64,000 bases of DNA, taken from NCBI GenBank assembly GCA_964016885.1, contig OZ024746.1, forward strand, positions 186,001-250,000, given 5' to 3'. Below are positions 25,150 through 37,000 of this stretch, in pieces (positions within the stretch are counted from its first letter, which is position 1; the number at the start of each line of letters is the position of its first letter). Origin of the DNA: Eledone cirrhosa (Eukaryota). The notes under the pieces were generated by a model. The model saw only the letters and a list, made by a program, of their open reading frames with translations. It was not told where the DNA came from and ran no database searches. The translations under genes and the position numbers were made by a program.

Positions 25150-25530
25150 TATGGCAGTATCGGTAGAGGGTTGGCCGCCATGCTTTGCAACATAGAGTTA
25201 CGGCCCTTTGTGGTCTGAGTTCAATTCCCGCCGAGGTTAACTTTGCTTTTCATCCTTACAGGGTCTATAAAATAAAGTACCAGTAAATCACTGGGGGGTA
25301 ATTCCTGGCCTTGTCTCAAAAGTAGAAACATTATTATTATTATTAGTATCGGTAGAGGGTCGGATGCCATGCTTGCAGCATGGAGTTGCGGCCCTTTACA
25401 CCATGAGTTCAAATCCCGCCAACGTTAAATTTGCCTTTCATCCTTACAGGATCAATAAAATAAAGTACCAGTAATGCACTGAAATAATTGCTGGCCTTGT
25501 GCCAAAAGTAGAAAGAATTATTATTATTAC
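25150..25530 (+). mobile_element. Two tandem SINE family 1 copies
   Basis: Two head-to-tail units, each with GAGTTCAA.TCCCGCC and an (ATT)n tail. Confidence 0.85.
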
Positions 25531-25553
25531 TATACATAAATTATTATATATAT

Positions 25554-25975
25554 ATGGAGAGAAATGAGGCAAGCATGCTCTGTTGGATGTGCAGTGTAAA
25601 TGTGCGTGAACGACCCAGCATAAATGTGTTGAGAGAGAAACTGTGTCTGAAAGGGATAGAATGTTGTGTACGGGAGAGGAGACTGAGGTGGTATGGACAT
25701 GTGATGCACATGGAGGATGACCGATGGGTGAAGAAGGGCCAGGAAATGCCAGTTGAAGGAAGACGTGGTAGAGGTAGACCACGAAAAACATGGGCGGAGG
25801 TGGTGAGAACAGACCTCAGATCATTGAAGCTCACGGTGGAGATGACGAGGGACCGTGACGAGTGGAGAGATGCTGTGCTGAATAAGACCCGTCCCACCCT
25901 TGCAAGCAAGGAAAAGCGGACGTAAAATGATGATGATGATGATGATATGGATGTAAAATGGTGATGATGATGATA
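25554..25975 (+). mobile_element. RTE LINE 3' fragment of a distinct short-UTR subfamily
   Basis: ERNEASMLCWMC..RRLRWYGHV..GRGRPRKTW; ORF runs directly into the GGACGTAAAATGATGATG tail. Confidence 0.88.
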
Positions 25976-26561
25976 TATATTTAGTGTGTATATGTATTAT
26001 ACAACATTAGTGTCAAGCTGTATCAGCCTTTGCCGTCGGACAACAGACAGGGGCTCCATATTGACATATGGTATTTCTAGAGCATTTTTAAACCTGGAGG
26101 AACCCATCTCTCCAGGTCTGAATACAGCAGATTTCTTTCAGAAAAGGACAGAAAGTGAGAGAATGGAAGTGAAAAGCAGATATAGAGGAAGAATCGACCC
26201 CAGCACTTGAATGATACTTTTTTTTATCAACCTTGAATGGATAAAAGGCGAAGTTTACCTCGGTGGGATTTGAATTCAGAGAGAGCAGAAAATTGAAACA
26301 AATACCACAAATCATTCTATCTGATGTTCTAACGACTCTGCCAACTACACTATATACATTCTAAAACCTACACCACCCTCACTGCATCTTACAAATCACA
26401 GACACATATTCAAATACGTCAGCTTATCATTTTAGTTTGTAAAACAAATATAAAATTGCCTGGCCTTAAAAAAAACACCAACATGGGATAAAATCTTTTG
26501 TACTCACAAACCTTTGATAAGTGGTCAATCAGGTTGGATAGTTTGAGAAAACAAATCAACA

Positions 26562-27112
26562 TATTGTGTATATATACTGTATTATACATTGTGTTGTGTT
26601 GTATATACTGTATTATACATTGGGTCCTATATATACTGTATTGTACATTGTTGTGTTGTATATATACTGTATTGTACATTGTGTTGTGTTGTATATATAT
26701 ACTGTATTATACCTTGTGTTGTATATATACTGTATCGTACATTGTGTTGTATATATACTGTATTGTACATTGTATTGTGTTGTATATATTCTGTATTGTA
26801 CATTGTGTTGTATATATACTGTATTGTAGATTGTTGTATATATACTGTATTATACATTGTGTTGTGTTGTATATACTGTATTATACATTGGGTTGTATAT
26901 ATACTGTATTGTACATTGTTGTGTTGTATATACTGTATTGTACATTGTTGTGTTGTATATATACTGTATTATATATTGTGTTGTGTTGTATATATACTGT
27001 ATTGTACATTGTTGTGTTGTATATATACTGTATTATATATTGTGTTGAGTTGTATATATACTGAATTGTACATTGTTGTGTTGTATATATACTGTATTAA
27101 ACATTGTGTTGT
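26562..27112. repeat. Low-complexity satellite (TATATACTGTATTGTACATTGTTGTGTTG-type units)
   Basis: Direct inspection; explains the spurious Y/I/C/V-rich ORFs. Confidence 0.92.
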
Positions 27113-27817
27113 GTGTGAGTGTTGTTATTATGTATGTGTGAAGTGTTTGCTGTTTATTATGTATGTGTTTATGTTTGTGTGTGTATTGTGTGGTTCGTAT
27201 GCATGTGTGTGTGCCTTTTTTTTCTTGTTACATATTATCAAATTAGCACAGGTATTTTGCACCCTAGATTGCCCATCAATTAGCACCTGGGTATTTAACA
27301 CCCTAGGCAAGTCATACAATGTGCACCTGGGTATTTAGCCCCCTAAGCAAGCCCTACAATATGTACTCCCTTATTTTAGTTATGTCCCATTCTCCCAAAT
27401 AAAATAATTTCACCTGACAGTCTGGCAAGCTTACAAATCTAGTTTTTGACAATTCTGGTGCTAACTTTTCCACATAACAGTCCACACTCACCCACACCAA
27501 ATCATATAATAGATCATAACAACATACAACCCTCTCCACCACTTTGGACATTTCCAAATCAATATGACAAAGATGTTTAGTGATTTATTTCTTAGTCACA
27601 GGAGAATATTATATATTTAATTTAATTAAACAAATTCGTATAAAACTGAGATCCTTTAAGGTTCTGTGATGTAGCTCTTTGGTGGTTGTAGTAAAAATAT
27701 CCAAGGTATAGAAAAATTCATAGGACGAGTTTGAATATAATTATTAAGGCCAGTTACTGCCGGTTCATTGCCACAGGTTGAACAAGTTGGTCCTCGGGGC
27801 TAATGAAATATACATAC

Positions 27818-27845
27818 CTGGCATGGCGCCATTGTAGAAACGGGC
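27818..27845 (-). CDS. Candidate 28-nt exon of the unidentified gene
   Basis: tatttag|GCCCGTTTCTACAATGGCGCCATGCCAG|gtatgt; GC-rich island with canonical sites and two ATGs. Confidence 0.45.
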
Positions 27846-27884
27846 CTAAATAATTATATATATATATTATATAGTAAAATGGTT

Positions 27885-28150
27885 AGGACGGACAGGTTGA
27901 ATTCTCTTAATTATTTATTTCTGAAAACACTATGCACATTTCAGTGGCCAGGTTGCATAAGAACCTGGTGACATCATCAGATGTATATTGCACAATAGTT
28001 GTATACTAAAAGAATGATGGTAAACACATTCCAAGGGGCTTTAAGGAAAAAAGCAAAAAAAGAAGAAAAAAACGGAAGAAAAAATGTGTTTTTGTTGTTG
28101 ACTCATAGATGATCGTGGTAGCCTGTTGTCATTGTTGCTCATCATCTCTA
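27885..28150 (-). mobile_element. Hammerhead-motif-bearing repeat, copy A
   Basis: Reverse-complement homolog of about 30765-31005. Confidence 0.7.
27927..27984 (-). ncRNA. Candidate minimal type I hammerhead ribozyme
   Basis: ACAT-CTGATGA-TGTCA CCAGGTT cttatgc AACCTGG CCACT-GAAA-TGTGCA-TA-GTGT; base of stem II is non-canonical. Confidence 0.5.
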
Positions 28151-28199
28151 CCCAGTGGTGAACCACCAAATTTAAACGTATATACACATACATATATAT

Positions 28200-28446
28200 A
28201 GCCTGTCTCAACAGACATGTGCTTATCCTGGTTTGTGGTGTGAAGTGACTGAGAGTACAAGACTCCACCCTGGACAGGACGCCAGTCCATCGCAGGGTTA
28301 AGCCCCCAGCTATTACTGGTACTCATTTTCAGCTGAGTAGACTGGAACAACATGAAATGAAGTGTTTTGCTCAAGAACACAACACAACCCAGCCCAGGAA
28401 TTGAACCCACGACATTATGATCGTAAGTCCAACACCCTTACCACTG
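28200..28446 (-). mobile_element. tRNA-derived SINE family 2 (MetaSINE-like central domain); second full copy at 60011-60261
   Basis: Minus: GTGGTAAGGG..GGGTTCAATTCC..CTTGAGCAAAACACTT..CCTGCGATGGACTGGCGTCCTGTCCAGGG. Confidence 0.8.
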
Positions 28447-28541
28447 GAGAGGGAGAGGGGGAGAGAGGGGTGGTCGGTGATTACAAGTAATTAGTAAAAG
28501 TAGAAAAGAACAGTCCTAAGCGTTTCCACTTTTCTTTTTAC

Positions 28542-28584
28542 CTGAGTGACGTCACGAGCAGAAACCGTAGGAGTTCGATTTGTC
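28542..28584 (-). CDS. Candidate 43-nt exon of the unidentified gene
   Basis: ttgttttgtttcaaag|GACAAATC...CACTCAG|gtaaaa; reads GQIELLRFLLVTSL in frame after exon 29469. Confidence 0.35.
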
Positions 28585-29468
28585 CTTTGAAACAAAACAA
28601 TTGTAAACGAATAAATATTTTTCCAAGAATTTGGTTGTTTATTCTCCCACAATAATATATATATATATATAGTGGTAGAACACTGGAAGGTAATATCCGT
28701 AGTGGTAGAGCACTCAGTCCATGAGACGAGTTAGGTAGAAGTGGTTACACAACAGTTAGTTCACCATTCCGAGAACAATTGTTTCACCTTAGCGGATCCT
28801 CAGCTCGTAATATACCAGCATAGCTTTAAACAATCAGCTAGAACCAGTAAAAGAGTATATTGTAATGCTGGGGTTAGTTTCTGTAACTACTCCAAGTTTC
28901 GTCTCCTGTTCTTATTATGTGATCAACGAGAATACTCACAAAACTTAGAGTAGCAACCCCAGCAATACATTACAATAATTACACTCAACCTTTCTCTATC
29001 GAGTACTCTTTTTTGTAAATTCAAACGTGCATTTGTGAGTGTGTGAGTGTGTGATGATCCTGGGAGTAAAGGTGAAACCTCAGAGCAACAAGACTCAACA
29101 CTTAGTCATGAAGAATATTGAAACTCTATTTCGGTGTTGATGTAAGTACTCCTGCTCATACCCGTTCACATTCACATTCATATATATATATAGCAACGGT
29201 AAAAATGTATGTAGAGAATTATATATGATGTATAAGGAATTAAAAATGATTTAAAAGCTAATTTCTCCATCTCTCTCTCTATATATATATATATACACAC
29301 AAATACACGTGTAACGTGCGGCAGGTTTTTCTTCAACTCTCAATCGTGAATAAGTAGCAACAATAAAATCTATATTGACAACAACATGTATACCAGCAGC
29401 AGTGATTGATTATAAACATTATCTATTCTACAGTAACCCCCCAAACAAGAAATTTATTTCTAATTTAC

Positions 29469-29523
29469 CTGCGGCCAAATGAGGCTGTATTTGCGGGTTC
29501 CGTGAAAATGCATTCAAGTTCAT
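29469..29523 (-). CDS. Candidate first coding exon of the unidentified gene
   Basis: ATG MNLNAFSRNPQIQPHLAA G|gtaaat; phase 1 is compatible with exon 22278 or 28584; CpG-containing unique region upstream. Confidence 0.45.
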
Positions 29524-29806
29524 ATTTCTGCCTTGGTAAATTATTTTAAGTGAAAAAATGGGAAAGCGTTAAAAATATGTTTGTGACAGCAGAAGTGTTT
29601 TTCTTTAATAACCTTCACCATGTTAGCACATGGTCTTTTATATAAAAGTGAGGAGAAATGGAAAGATATGACATGCGGCGGTGAGATTTCCTCAGCCTGT
29701 AACTAAAAATATCGCTTATTGTATTATTGTTGTTTTGATAATCACTGTTTAGATCGATTCGTGATGAGTAGATGATCACGTTCGTTAATCTCTCTCTCTC
29801 TCTCTC

Positions 29807-29844
<38 letters not shown>

Positions 29845-30715
29845 GATCACTTAGCATAACATCATAGACTTAATGATTTAATTTGCACCTGTTGCGAGCT
29901 TAGTTGACGTAGAAAGAAAGAACGAGCACCCCACCTCTACAAGTAGATTTGCTGGGACAACTCAAGGATATCAACGATAGATGGATGAGATGTTAGTGTT
30001 GGTGGAGAAATACTTTGCTAGCTCAGAGAATATTACTGTTGCATGAAGGAAAACTAAATAGTTTCTTAGATGGACTTATTATTTATAGCTGGCCCCGTGC
30101 CGTAAAAAAAGATGGTTAATTGTAGTATTTTAGTATGTATATATTTATATGTATGAGTATATAAATATAAACACGCCTGCCCTCTCTAGAATAAATATAT
30201 TCACACTAACACACACACAATAATACTATCCAATTCTCTACACATATACACACACAAGTGTAACACATCTTAGAACACTGGTCGCTGTTTTCTATAGTTT
30301 TATCACCACCACATCCTTCCTCATATCCCTTTCAGTGTGTGACAGACAAATAAATATATAAATATACACACATTCGCTATTATAGTTGATTTAATGATTA
30401 AATGATTGTTGTATTATACACTTTACATAAAGTTCTCAGTTTAGTGAGTTTAAAGTACCATGAATTTTTGGCAAACTAATTTTATCAGGATCCTGTGATG
30501 TTTGAGGGAGCCACCGACAACGAAGTTCTTGTCATTGTTGGCGAGTTTTTTTGGTTATTCCAGTGTCTTAGCCTTACTATTATCTGTGGCAATGCCACAA
30601 GCGAGTTGGCTTGCCTAAAAGATTATTAGGGTGAAACTCCAGTAACCCTTTGGGCATGTCATTGAGCGTGTGTGTCTTCATCCTATTTTTCCTTTTTTAA
30701 AATATATGTGTATAT

Positions 30716-31022
30716 ATATGACAGGAAGCTGGACTGGTGAAATTCCTGCAAAGATTTATTTCAAAGGTGATCAGCCAAACTGACAACAACTGGCCCTCTT
30801 CATCGCCTTCGAGTCAAAAACATTTTTCTGTTTTTTTATATATCCTTTTAGCCTCTTGGATTATGTTTACCATTATTCCTTTATTATATAACTATTATAC
30901 AATATATAATATACACCTGATGATGTCACTAGGATCTTACGGAACCTGGCCACTGAAATGTACATAGTGTTTGCTGAAATAAATCTTTAAAGGAATTTCA
31001 TCAGTCCGGCCCCCTGTCATAT
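30716..31022 (+). mobile_element. 307-bp element with ~48-bp terminal inverted repeats carrying a hammerhead motif (copy B)
   Basis: ATATGACAGG..GGACTGGTGAAATTCCT..AAAGATTTATTTCA / TGAAATAAATCTTT..AGGAATTTCATCAGTCC..CCTGTCATAT. Confidence 0.8.
30913..30970 (+). ncRNA. Candidate minimal type I hammerhead ribozyme
   Basis: ACAC-CTGATGA-(stem II CTAGG..CCTGG)-GAAA-TGTACA-TA-GTGT; palindromic stem III ATGTACAT. Confidence 0.5.
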
Positions 31023-31082
31023 GTCATTTTCCATTTCAAGTAGACGTGCTCCATCATCCACTTTTCTAAAAAAATAAATCAT

Positions 31083-31546
31083 ACTACAAGATCAGAAAAC
31101 AGCACAGCTCCCATGACTTTCGTAGACATTTTTTCACGCTCAGAGTTGCTGAAGCATGGAACAAACTGCCTGCGTCAATTGTTAGCTGCCGAGACACTGC
31201 ATCCTTTAAGACACTCACGCTTCCCGAAATACGCCAAAACTACACCTGATGTGCCCCTTCCATACACATGCACACATATGTGTATCATGACTCGTGCACT
31301 GTTCATTTTACTGATGTTTGTGCATTGCCCTATGTACTGTACATGCACTTTTTTGATGAGTTGTGGTGCACCTGGGCACTGTACACAATATTTCATTATT
31401 GTTATTATTATTATATCATGACTCGTACACTGTTCATTTTCCTGACATTTGTACATTATTCTATGTACTATACATGCACCTTTGATGAGTTGTAGTGCAC
31501 CTGAGCACTGTACACAATAATTTCATTATTATTATTATTATTATTA
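31083..31546 (+). mobile_element. CR1 3' fragment with partly duplicated 3' UTR
   Basis: YKIRKQHSSHDFR..RVAEAWNKLP; UTR segment and (ATT)n repeated at 31415-31546. Confidence 0.85.
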
Positions 31547-31662
31547 TACACAAAACGCCAGCACCAACAGTTTTGTAAGAGATGTCAACATGAATGGGCC
31601 TGTTATTTTTATCTAAAGACATTTTTCCAAATCCAACCCGTCCCCTCTTATTTCTCATTCTT

Positions 31663-31698
31663 TCTTCTGATGAAGGACTAGTGTCCGAAACGTTAAGA
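31663..31698 (+). ncRNA. Minimal type I hammerhead ribozyme of the Penelope-like-element kind
   Basis: TCTT-CTGATGA-A-GGAC tagt GTCC-GAAA-CG-T-T-AAGA; stems I and II fully paired, palindromic ACGT stem III, GUU site. Confidence 0.65.
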
Positions 31699-32759
31699 CC
31701 CTCTTCCTTCTATATCAAGTGTTAACCTAATATATTCCTTCCATATACTGTACCGATTGTGTTGTTATTTCTGTTTACCTTTTACATACATATATTCATT
31801 TCATTTTACGTCCGCTTTTTCCCTGCTTGCAAGGAATATATATATTATATACAAATTGTATTTATCTGTATTTATACTATTTTAGTGAATTGGCCATAGG
31901 GTTATTTACTCCAGCAAATACCACTACATGCCAACCACTAATTTAATTTGTTTAGAAGATGTAAAAGAAATGACGATGTAGTAATTGAAACATGACGAAT
32001 ACTTCGGAAAAGTGTATCAGTAACGATTTGCATTTATTAAAGTAGCTTGTTACAATTTTGGTAGTGAAACGTACCTCGTGCCATGATGTGGTGTAATCCT
32101 GAGGGATAGGATAGGATTAGAAAACGTTTAGCATCTGTGCTTGGTGTGGTCAGTTCTAGAGCCGTTGGTGAAAGAGAGTATACCTTTGGCGTAATCATGC
32201 CTGGCCTTAAGGCCAGGCAGCCAAGGGGTGAAGAAGAGGTAGATTGTCCTTTGCTCCTTCTTTTATAATCTCTGAAACGGAAGTTCAAGGAGTATTCTAG
32301 AAATTCTACGGGAAGTAACTTTGGCTACTTCCCTTTGTCTAGAGAGCGTTACACTATTCAAAAATGTAGTTATGCCTTGAAAAAAAATGAGAGATTCATG
32401 GTTCAGTTCCTTGCAGACAGCACTGTCCATTTTTTTCCTGTCTCCAGGTGTACTTTACCCAATTCATTCAATTATTATTATAGTTATCAACTATTATTAT
32501 AATTATCTGAGGTTAACTTTGCCTTTCATCCTTACGGGGCAATAAAATAAAGTACCAATAATACACTGGGTAATTGCTGGCCTTGTGCCAAAAGTAGAAA
32601 CAATTATTATAATTATCTGATTTGTGGCGACTATATTTTCAAACCAAACTTTATTTTAAAGAAAACATTTTATACATTTTAGAACAATTTATATATAATA
32701 AATATGATTTCCATAATAAACAAATTAAAAACAATTAGAGAAAAAATAAATTAAATAAT

Positions 32760-32901
32760 GATTTCTAGTATAGGCACAAGGCCAGTAATTTGGGCGGAGG
32801 GGAAAGTCGATTAAATCGGCCCCAGTGCGTGACTGGTACTTTACTTTATCGACCCCGTAAGGATGAAAAGCAAAGTTAACCTTGGCGGGATTTGAACTCA
32901 G
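32760..32901 (-). mobile_element. SINE family 1 copy; partial + copy at 32508-32607
   Basis: GGCACAAGGCCAG..CTGGTACTTTA..GACCCCGTAAGGATGAAA..GGGATTTGAACTCAG. Confidence 0.8.
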
Positions 32902-33054
32902 CCACTTCACAGAGCTCCTTCCTTAGGCTGGCTGTTGTTTTTCTGAATTTTTGAAGGAAAATGAAAGTTCAAGGACCTAGGACACATGAAGTCTCAACAG
33001 CAACCAGTGTGAAAAGGAAGTGGTCAGTTAAACCTCTGTATTTGGCAATTAAAT

Positions 33055-33645
33055 AGCAATGGTGCGGCCACACTTAGAATTTGCATCACCAGTCTGGAAC
33101 CCCTATCTTGCTCAGAACATTGACCGTCTGGAAACTGTTCAGAGACGTGCAACCAAGCAAATACCCTCCATCAGGCATCTACCATACTCTGAACGCCTTG
33201 CTTCCCTGGGCATGGATACATTGAAGCTCCAACGTCTGACAACTGACTTGGTAAACACCCACAAGATTATCAACCATCTTTCCAACAACAACCCTGAGCA
33301 CGTTTTTGAATTCCATGTATCTAACACACGTGGCCATGCCTACAAAATCAGAAAACAGCACAGCTCCCATGACTTTTGGAAACATTTTTTCATGTTCAGA
33401 GTTGCTGAAGCATGGAACAAACTACCTGCATCAGTTGTTAGCTGCCGAGACACTGCATCCTTTAAAACCTCCGTGCTTCCTGTAATTCGCCAACACAACA
33501 CCTGATGTCCCTCCCCTCCATACACACACACACATATATATCGTTCACTTTCCTGACATTTGTACATTATTCTATGTACTATACATCCACCTTTGATGAG
33601 TTGTAGTGCACCTGAGCACTGTACACAATAATTGCATTATTTCAT
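33055..33645 (+). mobile_element. CR1-clade LINE 3' fragment
   Basis: MVRPHLEFASPVWNPY..LETVQRRATK..YSERL..NTRGH..WNKLP. Confidence 0.92.
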
Positions 33646-34027
33646 TATATGTATACAATGGGCTTTCACACATTTACTGTCTACCAAGTTTCATTCAGGC
33701 GGCATTGGTCACTATATGTGTGGCTCTAGTGGACAACTACAAGACACTTGACCAAGATGTCATCACACAATGGGACTGAAACCCAAACCCACACAGTTAC
33801 AAAGAAAACATCTTAACCACATAGCTATATCTGTGTCTTATTTAAAGAACACATGTTAGCGGCTTTCACCATTTATTTTACCCCACCCTAGTATTCTTAG
33901 TCTATCTTTAATAATTGTTATCTTATCAAAATCTTGCTTTATCTTTCTGAGGTAATTATCCCCCAGAATATATAATGGTTGCTAAGATCTAAAAACATAT
34001 TTGTCAGTATTTATCTGAGCGGATGTC

Positions 34028-37000
34028 ATTGTTTTGTGTAGTTTTTACATCATCATCATCATCGTTTAACGTCCATCTTCCACACTAGCATGGGTTAGAC
34101 GGGAGTTGTGCCAACTTGAGATAAGGTTGGTCGGGTGACCGTGTTTCGCTCGTATAAGACTATCTGGCAGGTTTTTTATGGCTGGATGCCCTTCCTAACA
34201 CCAACCACATTTACAGTGTGGAACTGGGAACTTTTTACTGTGTTACCTACATGACTACATTACAGCGTAGACTGTGAGTAGTTTTTTTTAGGTTTTTTTT
34301 TTATCGTGACACCTACACGATCTCGATCTCATTATCTCATTTATTTGGACTGGATGTTGTGGTACCAACTTTACAGAGAGAGGGTGGTGTTAGTGGGAGT
34401 GGGAGGATAGGGTAGGGGTAGTGGATTGGAGTGTATATTTAGTTAAGAGGTGCATACTGACTGTAGGTTTCGCTTTGTACATTGGCAAGCCGGGTCTTCT
34501 GTATTACTGCGTAGCGCCAAAGATCTCAGTCCGGTGACATTGTCTTAGAGAGGTGCAAGTGTGTAAGGTCGAAATTTATCAGATCGTCCCAGGTTTTTCT
34601 GGGTCTACCTACTCCGTAACTACCATCAATTTTGATCGCCCTGCACTTTTTTAATTCAGCTGTCGTCTTTCATGCGCAACACGTGGCCATACCAACGTAG
34701 TCTTCTCTCAAGTAAACAGCATCTGATCCCTCTTATTCCTAATTTCTCACTTAGTTCATTTATGCTTTGCCGTTCACGTATATTACTATTACACATCCAA
34801 CGGAGCATGCATGCTTCGTTCCTTTCCAGTCTGCGCAGGTCCTCTGCACGTAATGCCCATGTCTCACTGCCATGTAGCATTGCTATTCGTATACAGGCAT
34901 CATACAATCTGCCTTTCATTTTTAGAGAGAAACCTTTTGTGGCCAACAGCGGTATAAGCTCTCTGAACTTTTTCCATCCCGTTCTGACTCTAGCTACCGT
35001 ACTTTCAGAACACCCTCCACACTGCTGATTTCGTCACCCAGGTAACGGAAAGTGTCTACTATTTCTATAGAACCATCTGGGCAATAGAAGGAGCTAGTAT
35101 CCTGTGGACACTTGCTACTTATTGCACCTGAGTATTGGCCGCATATAAAGCCTATGTTTACCTGTGATCCTACTACATCTTTTATATACCCATACTTTGC
35201 ATTTGGGACATAAAATGGAGTTTCTGCCTACTCCTTTCCTACACACTGAGCATGGCCATTTCCCTGAGGGCACCTGTGCCCTATTTTCCTTTCTACATAC
35301 TAGAACTTTAGTCTTAGACAAGTTAACTTTAAGGCCTTTTGATTCTAGGCCATGTTTCCATGTTTGGAATTTCTTCTCTAGTTCAGCCATTGATTCAGTA
35401 TTAGATCATCTGCGTATAGGAGTTCCCACGGGCAGCCGGTCTTGAACTCCTCTGTTATAGCCTGAAGGGCAATAATAAATGGGAGGGGGCTAAGGAATGA
35501 GCCTTGATGAACGCCAACTTTTACAATAAATTCTTCACAATATTCATTGTTAATTCTAACCTTGCTGACTGTTTCTTTATACATAGCTTGTATAGCTCTC
35601 ACAAGCCATTCATCTACACCTAGTTTTCTAAGAGCCCACCAGATAATGGAGCGGGGGACTCTGTCAAAGGCTTTCTCCAGGTCTACAAAAGCTAAGTAGA
35701 GGGGTTTACTTTTAGCTAGGTACTTCTCCTGTAGTTGTCATACAAGGAAAAGAGTGTCTGTGGTACTTTTACCTGACACAAACCCAAACTGCATTTCATC
35801 TAGATCAATTCGCTCTCTGATTACTTGCGCTATAACTCTTTGTGTGACCTTCATGACCTGGTCAACTAACTTAATGCCTCTATAGTTTCCCCTATCTAGA
35901 ACATCCCCTTTACCCATGTAGCAGTTAATGATGATGATGCCAGTCTTTCGGTATGACCCCATTCTGTATTACTTGGTTAACTATACGGGTGACCATAGTG
36001 TGTCCCACCATACCAGATGCCTTCAACATCTCAGCAACTATCTCCGAAAGGCCAGCTGCCTTCATATCTTTGATTGCCTTACTTATTATACTACCTTTAA
36101 CTTGCATTGCTGGTCCTTCTATTGGATCGATTTGGGGCAGACTATCTTTTTCCCATTTATTCTCCTCATTTAATAGTCTCTCATAGTGACACTTCCAGGC
36201 TATCTTCTTATCAGTATCAGTGACGGCAAGTACACCGTTATCATTACGGACACACTTCTCCCCGACAATATCACGGTTTTCCTTGACACATTGTCTAGCA
36301 ATCCTGAACACCTCACGTTGTAGAACATGCTTGAACTTTCTATCCGCTGCTTCCCTTTTTGCAAGGTACACTTTTCTCCTAGCTTCTCTCCTGGCCATTT
36401 GATAGTGCTCTCTACTTCCCCCATCCTGCCATACTTTCCAAGCCTGCTTTTTGGCCTTGATTGTCTCTTCTACCTTACTGTTCCACCACCAAGTTACTCT
36501 CCTGCTGCCAATAGGTCTGCTCCAGCCACAGATTTCATCCGTTGCTTTCAACAGGTTCACTTTCAAGAATTGCCAGTTCCTCTATATTGCACGTCTCTAA
36601 TTGCTCTTCCTTATTGTCAAAGGCATCAAGTAATAAGCTTTTAAATTTGTCACTGGCTATGGGGTCCTTCAACTTCCATATTCTTCTCCTCAAGGTAGGT
36701 CTCCTCTGTCGTCGAGTACGTCTATTTCTGACTATGAGGTCACTAACTACTAGGCTATGTTGGGAGGTGCATTCTTCACGGGGGAAGGATTTAGTGTTTA
36801 CAACAGACACTTTGTCTCGTCTTCTAGTAAGGATATAATCTATCTGGCTGGCATGTTCCCCTGATCTATAGGTGATCAAGTGGTTTTCACGTTTTTTGAA
36901 GTATGTGTTACAGATAGTTAGGTTATTTGCGTCACAGAATTCCAGGATTCTGAAGCCTTCCTCATTTCTATTTCCAACCCCATAGCCTCCATCATAGCCA

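Noticed and set aside
26419-27338. Long Cys/Tyr/Ile/Val ORFs
   Set aside because: Satellite translations
27354-27575. 67-aa minus ORF as an exon of the unknown gene
   Set aside because: No suitable acceptor and an upstream in-frame stop; resembles a decayed RT segment (IDLEMSK..ERV)
28547-28554. CRE palindrome TGACGTCA
   Set aside because: A single 8-mer is expected by chance in 64 kb and it overlaps a candidate exon
32037-32288. 83-aa minus ORF
   Set aside because: No recognisable motif or splice support
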